A stretch of DNA of 64,000 nt, taken from Candidatus Saccharimonadota bacterium (GTDB taxonomy: Bacteria > Patescibacteriota > Saccharimonadia > Saccharimonadales > Saccharimonadaceae). The notes below the pieces were generated by a model. It was not told the DNA's origin. It did no database searches and worked only from the letters and a program-made list of their open reading frames with translations. Location: the NCBI GenBank assembly GCA_003246575.1, contig QJZZ01000001.1, forward strand, positions 31,978 through 95,977. The letters run 5' to 3'. Position numbers and translations under genes: made by a program. Position 1 is the stretch's first letter; the number at the start of each line of letters is the position of its first letter. This document shows, one piece after another, positions 1 through 6,509 of this stretch.

Positions 1-1461
1 TTCGACAAGCGTACCATCAGGACTGGTGCCGCTAATGGCGAGCCCGCCCTTTTCGAAATCAGCCAGATAGTATTGGTTTACTTCATAGCGGTGGCGGTGA
101 CGTTCGGTGACGTTCTCTGCATCGTATAACTCAGCGACTTTACTTCCCATTGCGAGCTTGGCCGGATAATCGCCGAGGCGCAATGTGCCGCCAGTCGACT
201 CCTTGCCTTCTTGCCCTGGCATGATATAGACGACGTCATGCTTGGCATCAGCGACAAATTCCGTACTATTTGCATCGGTGACTCCCGCCTTACGCGCTGC
301 GGCAATACACGCCACCTGAAGGCCGAGACAGAGACCAAGATACGGTACGTCATGCTCGAGCGCATAGCGAGCGGCCGCAATCTTACCTTCGACCCCGCGG
401 TTACCGAAACCGCCTGGCACCAAGAGCGCGTCCATCGGAGCAAAATCCTCGTCGGTCGCCGTCTCAGCATCGATCCACTTAATCTTCAGGTCAACATCTT
501 CGTGCCACGACGCAGCCTTGAGTGCCTCGATGACGGAGATATATGTGTCTTCATTGTCGAGATACTTCGCAACCACGCCAACAGTCACAGCTGACTCATG
601 TTTCTTGGTCTGAAGTTTGACAAGATCATTCCATGCGGTCAGATCAGGGGTAAGCTCTTCGCCAACAAGGCGTTCAAGAACTGCCATCAAACCATTCGAC
701 GCAAGAACTGCCGGAATCGAGAAGACGCTATCGACATTCGGCATCATCTGCACTGCGTGCTCGGGCAGACCACCAAACAGTGCAATCTTGCGAGCGATAG
801 AGACCGGCGCTTTATCGTCCGAGCGAACCACAACAGCGTCAGGTACGATACCAAAGCCACGGAGGTCATTAAGGGCGTTCTGGGCAGGCTTGGACTTGAA
901 TTCTTTGCTCGTACCGATAAATGGCACATAGACAACGTGCACATAGGCACAGTTTTCGCGGCCGTCCTGGAAAGCAAACTCACGAATCGCCTCAACGAAG
1001 CTCAGACCCTCGTAGTCACCGACGGTGCCGCCGATTTCGACGATATGAACGTCGCTACCTTTGGCAGCTTCACGGATAGATTTCTGGATGGCACGCGTCA
1101 GATGCGGAATCAACTGCACCGTCTGTCCGCCAAACTTCCCAGCTCGCTCATCAGCAATCAGCTGAGAAAGCAAACGACCCGAAAGTGTCGCGTTCTTTTG
1201 CGTCAATTCCAGGTCGAGAAATCGTTCATAATGTCCGAGGTCGAGGTCAGTTTCAGCTCCATCCTTAGTCACAAAGCATTCGCCATGTTCCCGAGGATTA
1301 AGGAGACCCGCATCCACATTGAGATACGGGTCACACTTTTGGATCGAAACGGTCTTTCCTGCGGCTTGGAGCACTGCGCCAATGCTGGCCGCCGTGATAC
1401 CCTTGCCTACCCCCGAGAGTACACCCCCCGTAACGAAAATAAATTTTGTTTGTTTACCCAT
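1..1461 (-). CDS. pyrG: CTP synthase (3' end truncated by window edge)
   Basis: Not in the ORF track. Manual minus-strand translation from ATG 1461 gives MGKQTKFIFVTGGVLSGVGKGITAASIG; at the window edge it reads ERHRHRYEVNQ...ISGTSPDGTLVE (glutamine amidotransferase domain). Confidence 0.97.
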   Translation of the reverse strand, partial: MGKQTKFIFVTGGVLSGVGKGITAASIGAVLQAAGKTVSIQKCDPYLNVDAGLLNPREHGECFVTKDGAETDLDLGHYERFLDLELTQKNATLSGRLLSQLIADERAGKFGGQTVQLIPHLTRAIQKSIREAAKGSDVHIVEIGGTVGDYEGLSFVEAIREFAFQDGRENCAYVHVVYVPFIGTSKEFKSKPAQNALNDLRGFGIVPDAVVVRSDDKAPVSIARKIALFGGLPEHAVQMMPNVDSVFSIPAVLASNGLMAVLERLVGEELTPDLTAWNDLVKLQTKKHESAVTVGVVAKYLDNEDTYISVIEALKAASWHEDVDLKIKWIDAETATDEDFAPMDALLVPGGFGNRGVEGKIAAARYALEHDVPYLGLCLGLQVACIAAARKAGVTDANSTEFVADAKHDVVYIMPGQEGKESTGGTLRLGDYPAKLAMGSKVAELYDAENVTERHRHRYEVNQYYLADFEKGGLAISGTSPDGTLVE

Positions 1462-1511
1462 AAGTTTTATCTCCCCTATGGGATTTCAGTATAGCATTTA
1501 AATTTTATGAC

Positions 1512-1560
1512 GCGCTAGATATAGAGCGTTGTAGTTTTGTCACAACACTGGATATAGCGG
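1512..1560. promoter_or_regulatory. Pair of NrdR-box-like operators upstream of pyrG
   Basis: GCGCTAGATATAGAGC (1512-1527) and ACACTGGATATAGCGG (1545-1560) compared with consensus acaCwAtATaTwGtgt, 33 bp apart. Extended -10 TGnTATACT on the minus strand at 1488-1496. Confidence 0.6.
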
Positions 1561-1646
1561 TTACGTAAATAATCGGATGTATTGTAATTTTGAGTTATTT
1601 ATGATATTGTATTGTTTGTTGTATTCACAAACGACAGGGGACCCGA

Positions 1647-1946
1647 ATGAACGACAATGCAACGTCTGCGCGCGAACAGGACTTGCGTCGCATCGACGCA
1701 ATAATCACGTCGGGCGATATCGTTATCAAGGCCCAAGTCTCTAATGGCGGACTATGGCTCTACACACAGGACCATACGACGACCTTGTATTCGTTCGACG
1801 TTAGCCTAAACGAGGACGTGCATCAGATTGCACACTGCCTCTCCCGCCTGGGCTTCGGCTCGACACACGAACTCTTCCGATCGATCAAGACTTTCGGAGG
1901 AGAATGCTCCTTCGACCGTGACTACACTCCCCCGGGGAGCGCCTAG
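1647..1946 (+). CDS. Hypothetical protein (99 aa)
   Basis: ORF with AGGGGA RBS, AT-rich upstream region and a downstream terminator. Confidence 0.65.
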   Translation: MNDNATSAREQDLRRIDAIITSGDIVIKAQVSNGGLWLYTQDHTTTLYSFDVSLNEDVHQIAHCLSRLGFGSTHELFRSIKTFGGECSFDRDYTPPGSA

Positions 1947-1947
1947 A

Positions 1948-1969
1948 GAAAGGCCCCTCGGGGCTTTTC
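1948..1969 (+). terminator. Intrinsic terminator-like hairpin
   Basis: GAAAGGCCCC-TC-GGGGCTTTTC inverted repeat right after the stop codon. Confidence 0.6.
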
Positions 1970-2047
1970 ATATCCCGACATCTGTACAGACAGGAACTGC
2001 TTATGCTACGCTGTAGATATTGTAATTAATATAAGCAGGAGGAATCC

Positions 2048-2602
2048 ATGCAAGGTCCAGAACAAACAAATTCTCCGCAGGAAAACCCAGGGTTCGCTCC
2101 TGTTCAGCCACAGGAACCAATACAACAACAGGCACCTGTTCAGCCACAGCCATACGCTCAACCCGCGCAAATGTATCAACAAGCGCCACAATATCCGACA
2201 GCGTCACCTGCCTCACAGGCAAGCATGTTCACATATGTCGGTCTCGGTCTCTTCGGTCTTGCGATTCTCCTGCAGATTCTCGCGCAGTCATTTAGTTGGT
2301 CCGCCTGGCTGCTGTTACTACCTATGTTAATGGGATTCGGCGCGGTAGCGCTCGGGATTATGGCAGCAAAGAACTCCCTCGCTACGATGCTTATCATTGT
2401 TATCAGTGGAGGCCTAATTGCCGGCATAGGAAGCACCCAGACTATGATTAGCTCACTTATCATTAACGCACGCTATAGTAGCGCAATCAAAAGTACCTCA
2501 TCGACACCGTCAAGTTCATCGAGCTCAAAGCAAGCAACGACACAAGAAGAATTTGATGCAAAATATGGAACAGGTCCAGACATCTCGGACTACGACTGGT
2601 AG
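2048..2602 (+). CDS. Membrane protein with Gln/Pro-rich N-terminus and about 3 TM helices
   Basis: AGGAGG RBS; QP-rich disordered N-terminus, hydrophobic core, Ser-rich tail. Confidence 0.8.
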   Translation: MQGPEQTNSPQENPGFAPVQPQEPIQQQAPVQPQPYAQPAQMYQQAPQYPTASPASQASMFTYVGLGLFGLAILLQILAQSFSWSAWLLLLPMLMGFGAVALGIMAAKNSLATMLIIVISGGLIAGIGSTQTMISSLIINARYSSAIKSTSSTPSSSSSSKQATTQEEFDAKYGTGPDISDYDW

Positions 2603-2621
2603 AACCACGGCTGCGTCTCAC

Positions 2622-2648
2622 AAAATAGCCGCATTCAGCGGCTATTTT
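2622..2648. terminator. Bidirectional terminator
   Basis: AAAATAGCCGC-ATTCA-GCGGCTATTTT between convergent genes. Confidence 0.75.
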
Positions 2649-2665
2649 GATATTCACACACAAGC

Positions 2666-3874
2666 TTACTGGAACGTCAGACCAACAAGAACGAAGTTGA
2701 GCACGGTGATGACGGCGACAACCGCATACAACATCCAGTTGAGCCACGTGCTGTTGGCATGTTCGCCCATGATACGCCTGCTCCGTGTCACAAAGATAAG
2801 CGGCAAGAGAGCGAATGGTATGCCGAAGCTTAATGCCACCTGGCTCAAGATCAGGGCAAATGTCGGATCCATTCCAAGGCCAATGATGATAATCGCCGGG
2901 ATGATAGTGATAGTTCGTCGAGCAATCGTCGGGATCTTGTGATTGATCATTTCTTTCATAATGACAGCACCTGCTTGTGCCCCGACTGCCGTTGAAGCCA
3001 GTCCAGCCGCCAAGAGACCAAGCCCAAAGAGCCACGCCACGAGCGTGCCGATATGCGTCTGGAGCGCCTCGAAGATAGCCGTCAGGCTATCTGTTTCTGG
3101 CATACCGCGCAACGCACTGGCCGCCAGGAGGAGCATCGCGATATTGACACTACCAGCGACCAGCATGGCAATTCCAACATCCATCTTGGTTGCTTTGAGC
3201 AGGTAGCGCATACGGCTCATCTCGACCTTGCCGTGACGATCACGCGCAAGCGCAGAGTGCAGATAGACGACATGCGGCATCACCGTTGCGCCGAGCATGG
3301 CAGTTGCGAGCAAGATCATATCAGGCGTATGAAGGGTTGGCACAAGGCCGGACACGATACCAACAGGATCAGGCGGTGCGACGAAGAGTCCAATGATGAA
3401 GCCGATCGGGATAATCATCAAAATACCCATGATAACGCGTTCGAAGACCTTCACTTCGCGTTCATTATAGATACGCAGCAAGATCAGTGAGACCAGGCCA
3501 GTGATAATAGCACCGAGTAACATCGGAATGTCGAACAGGATATAGAGAGCCAGCGCTCCACCGATCACTTCGGCGAGATCAGTTGCAATCGCAACGAGTT
3601 CAGCCTGTAGCCAATACGCGATACGCGTACGGCGACCGAGATTTTCAGCGATAATTTTTGGCAGACTCTTACCGGTTACGATGCCAACTTTGGCGCTCAA
3701 ATACTGCACGAGCATCGCCATTGCGTTGGCCAGCACCAAGACCCATAGCAACATGTAGCCGAATTTGGCTCCGGCACTGAAGTTTGCCGCGAAATTACCT
3801 GGATCGACATAGGCGACCGCGGCAACGAATGCGGGTCCAATCAATCGTGACAGTGCGCGGGCTTTTTTGACCAT
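2666..3874 (-). CDS. mntH: Nramp-family divalent metal (Mn2+/Fe2+) transporter
   Basis: AYVDPGN and GATVMPH(VVYLHS) Nramp signatures. True start is ATG 3874, overlapping the CYTH stop (TAATG). Confidence 0.95.
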   Translation of the reverse strand: MVKKARALSRLIGPAFVAAVAYVDPGNFAANFSAGAKFGYMLLWVLVLANAMAMLVQYLSAKVGIVTGKSLPKIIAENLGRRTRIAYWLQAELVAIATDLAEVIGGALALYILFDIPMLLGAIITGLVSLILLRIYNEREVKVFERVIMGILMIIPIGFIIGLFVAPPDPVGIVSGLVPTLHTPDMILLATAMLGATVMPHVVYLHSALARDRHGKVEMSRMRYLLKATKMDVGIAMLVAGSVNIAMLLLAASALRGMPETDSLTAIFEALQTHIGTLVAWLFGLGLLAAGLASTAVGAQAGAVIMKEMINHKIPTIARRTITIIPAIIIIGLGMDPTFALILSQVALSFGIPFALLPLIFVTRSRRIMGEHANSTWLNWMLYAVVAVITVLNFVLVGLTFQ

Positions 3875-4476
3875 TACGCTTCTCTCTTCGCGAATTGTTC
3901 CGGCACAGGCGTGCCGAACCGAACATCTTTGACATCGACCACCCCACGAAGATCTCCCACGAATCCATAGGCAGCTTCGTACATATTGTCTATATGACCA
4001 TAGTACGCATCGTTCCATTCGAGTCCGAACTGTTCGGCAGCAGCGCGCACGGCTGCTTCTGTTTCTGCTTCGATTTCGATATAGGGTGGCAGCCACGGCC
4101 ACTCGTCGATCACAACCTCTGCGTCTCCGAGCCGCCATGTCTCTCGTCGTGATTCCTGGAATGATCGATACTCGAGACCGGCTTCACGAAATAGCTCTAC
4201 CGTCTTGTCGAAATCACTGACGACGACTTCAATTTCGTTGACATTATCAATCACCGTCGCTAGTGGATCAGTGCGGCGCTTGAACGTGAGCGTTGCTTTA
4301 TCGCCCTCGTCACGAATACGAATCCACGCGTGGGTTGCTTTGTGCTCTTCGGTTTCGATGATGACCCGGCGCATCAGGCGCATCGGCACTTCACATTCCG
4401 CACCAGCGGATAACAAAATAGTACGGAATGCGTCGATATCGATATTGAGAAATTTTACTTCGATTTCGGCTTGCAT
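3874..4476 (-). CDS. CYTH-domain protein (triphosphate tunnel metalloenzyme / class IV adenylate cyclase family)
   Basis: N-terminal ExExK (EIEVKF), WIRIRDEG..LTFK, EIE, and YIEIE motifs. Confidence 0.9.
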   Translation of the reverse strand: MQAEIEVKFLNIDIDAFRTILLSAGAECEVPMRLMRRVIIETEEHKATHAWIRIRDEGDKATLTFKRRTDPLATVIDNVNEIEVVVSDFDKTVELFREAGLEYRSFQESRRETWRLGDAEVVIDEWPWLPPYIEIEAETEAAVRAAAEQFGLEWNDAYYGHIDNMYEAAYGFVGDLRGVVDVKDVRFGTPVPEQFAKREA

Positions 4477-4524
4477 CCGTACTATTCCTTTTCTGACTAA
4501 GTATTGCGTGAGCGGTCTATGTAC

Positions 4525-4707
4525 CTATTCGCAGCCGTCACAGATTGTGAGGCTTGATGGGTCGAGTGGAGCCGCGATGATGCCGCGAGATGCAGCCTCT
4601 TCGTTTGCCTGTTCCTGGGCGACCTGCATCGCACGGTCAATAGCGGCGAGTTTCTCTTCGAGAGTCATGGTGTCTTCGTCTTGACCAAAAATTGCTGATG
4701 CGTTCAT
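4525..4707 (-). CDS. 60-aa acidic helical peptide ending in CxxC (CDGCE), resembling a free-standing RNR alpha C-terminal tail
   Basis: Strong RBS (AGGGGGGA), own TATAAT -10 and NrdR-like box upstream; C-terminus LDPSSLTICDGCE. Confidence 0.8.
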   Translation of the reverse strand: MNASAIFGQDEDTMTLEEKLAAIDRAMQVAQEQANEEAASRGIIAAPLDPSSLTICDGCE

Positions 4708-4756
4708 TTCGTTCCCCCCTGGTGGTAGGTGTTAATTTTAGCGTTGCTTATGATTT

Positions 4757-4819
4757 ATTATACGCCACATATAGCGTTTTACTAGCGATTTTCGCCGTAA
4801 AAATACCAACATTTAGCGT
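4757..4819 (-). promoter_or_regulatory. -10 box plus NrdR-like boxes for the CxxC peptide/CYTH/mntH unit
   Basis: TATAAT (minus strand, 4757-4762) abuts ACGCCACATATAGCGT (4762-4777). A second box, TACCAACATTTAGCGT (4804-4819), lies 42 bp away. Confidence 0.65.
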
Positions 4820-5195
4820 AGCTTTTCGCCTCATCGAGTGTACCGATTAGCATGCGGTAGACAGGAAAATCTTGTAGCAGTCCTGGCACTTTGCCGAAGC
4901 GCTGTTCGAGTAATGTGTATGCGGCAGGACGAGCCGTGTCATCGAGCCGTTCGACCGACCCGTTTATGAATACACCCTTTGGCCCTTGGCTTTCGTCTGG
5001 TGAAAATACCGCCAGACTCACCCACTTGCCGTCTTCGAGGTAGCGCGAGTGATCAGCTGATGGCGAGGATAGCCAGTAGACTGCTTCGCCATCTGTTGCC
5101 ACATGCAGTGGAGTCGCCCACGGCTGACCGTTCTGATCAACCGTGGCGAGAACGCCGAGAACAGTTTCGTCGAAAATATGTGCTGCGTCTCCCAT
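4782..5195 (-). CDS. Pyridoxamine 5'-phosphate oxidase-like FMN-binding split-barrel protein
   Basis: LGVLATVDQNGQPWATP...VYWLS....HSRYL....VSLAVF pattern typical of the PNPOx-like family. Confidence 0.85.
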   Translation of the reverse strand: MGDAAHIFDETVLGVLATVDQNGQPWATPLHVATDGEAVYWLSSPSADHSRYLEDGKWVSLAVFSPDESQGPKGVFINGSVERLDDTARPAAYTLLEQRFGKVPGLLQDFPVYRMLIGTLDEAKSYAKCWYFYGENR

Positions 5196-5205
5196 ATACG
5201 TACCC

Positions 5206-6231
5206 CTATTTAACTGAGTTTACTTCGTAGCTTGTGTTAGTGCTTTCGAAGAAGTTGACGAGCTCAAGCGTGTCATTGGCAGCTGCCATCCACTTAGCTG
5301 GGTTCGAAACATTGTATTCTTTTTCGAATCCAAGTTCTTCGAGGCGGCGGTCAGTCATGAACTTGACGTACTGGTTGACGTAGTCTGCGTTGAGGCCGAG
5401 GATACCGTGTGGCAGCATGTCCTTGTTGTAGGCTTCTTCGAGGCGAACCGCTTCGAGGATGAGCTCACGAATCTCTTCGGCAAACTCTTCTGTCTGAAGT
5501 TCTGGGTTCTCGTCGAGAATCGTCAGGAGCAAGTTGATACCGAAGGTAAGGTGCAAATTCTCGTCCTTAGTGATCCAGTCGAGGAGTGTACCGACATTAC
5601 GAAGCAAGTTGCGTTGACGGAAGCTCATACCAACCATGAAGCCAGAGTAGAACCAGATACCTTCGAGCACGATGTTGTAGGCAACCAGTGAGCGGACAAA
5701 ATCCTTTTTGCCCTCGAGACTATAGATGTCGAGGTTTGGATCGAGCATCACCTTGAGGTGCTTGTTTTGGAAATCGGCCTTGTCGGCGAGCGACTTCTTA
5801 CCAAATCCTGCAGCGTAGATCTCTTCGCGGTTGAACGGGAAGGTCTCGATGATGTATTCAAATGCCATGAAGTGGTTTGCTTCTTCCCACATCTGCTTTG
5901 AGAGGTAGAGCTGCGCTTCAGCCGCGTTAACGTATGGGTAGATACCAAATGCAAGTGACTTGTTGATGAGCAGCTCGTTCGGGTTGAGGTAGCTAATGAC
6001 CGTCTTGAGCGCATGCTGTTCGTCGTCACTCAGTTTCTTGAGGTCAGCAAGGTCTTGAACGAGCTGGACTTCGTTTGGAAACCACGTGTTAGCAACAGCT
6101 TGGTCATAGAGATCCATTGCCCACTGGTAACGGACTGGCTTGAGCTGCAAGCCGTCGCGGAGCCCAGAACCCAAGATGCCTGTTGAGGCACCTTCCGCCG
6201 TCTCGATGAATTCATTTCGTTTTGCACTCAT
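5206..6231 (-). CDS. nrdB: Ribonucleotide reductase beta subunit, class Ic (R2c)-type
   Basis: W..PNEV, EEANH, LEGIWFYSGF, DENLH and NFFE..T.Y tail. First metal ligand is Glu and the radical Tyr is replaced by Phe. Confidence 0.95.
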   Translation of the reverse strand: MSAKRNEFIETAEGASTGILGSGLRDGLQLKPVRYQWAMDLYDQAVANTWFPNEVQLVQDLADLKKLSDDEQHALKTVISYLNPNELLINKSLAFGIYPYVNAAEAQLYLSKQMWEEANHFMAFEYIIETFPFNREEIYAAGFGKKSLADKADFQNKHLKVMLDPNLDIYSLEGKKDFVRSLVAYNIVLEGIWFYSGFMVGMSFRQRNLLRNVGTLLDWITKDENLHLTFGINLLLTILDENPELQTEEFAEEIRELILEAVRLEEAYNKDMLPHGILGLNADYVNQYVKFMTDRRLEELGFEKEYNVSNPAKWMAAANDTLELVNFFESTNTSYEVNSVK

Positions 6232-6238
6232 TGTTGTA

Positions 6239-6496
6239 TTACTCCTTCTCCGTTAATTCGTGCTTGGTGCTAAAAGTTGCAAGAGCGCCGCGGTGGTTTT
6301 TGAGTCGCTTGAGTTCATGCTCGGCACGAACCACCTGTCGCTTGAGCTCGTTGAGTCGATGTTCGACGAGCGGGATACGCTCGTCGTAATCATCGGCTGC
6401 AACAGAGACGAACTCTTGTAGCTGCTGTTTTTCTTCGGTGTTAAAGTGTTCTTCCGCCGGTTTTTTAGGGTGTAGAACGCGTGAGGTTTTCCCCAT
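6239..6496 (-). CDS. Small coiled-coil hypothetical protein between nrdA and nrdB
   Basis: AAGGAGG RBS, tight operon spacing on both sides, heptad-like LVEHRLNELKRQVVRAEHELKRLK. Confidence 0.75.
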   Translation of the reverse strand: MGKTSRVLHPKKPAEEHFNTEEKQQLQEFVSVAADDYDERIPLVEHRLNELKRQVVRAEHELKRLKNHRGALATFSTKHELTEKE

Positions 6497-6509
6497 TCTT
6501 CCTCCTTAC

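Noticed and set aside
211..1494. Plus-strand ORFs 211-594 and 598-1494
   Set aside because: Antisense shadows of pyrG, which the ORF track missed because it runs off the window edge.
2666..4138. Extended N-termini in the ORF track (mntH, HIT, Mur-like, comF, dnaA, cytidylyltransferase)
   Set aside because: The extensions overlap neighbouring genes or tRNAs; internal starts match family N-termini and promoter/RBS signals.
4525..4707. CxxC peptide as NrdH/glutaredoxin or a zinc-ribbon fragment
   Set aside because: The CxxC is at the extreme C-terminus with no thioredoxin fold following it and no second Cys pair.
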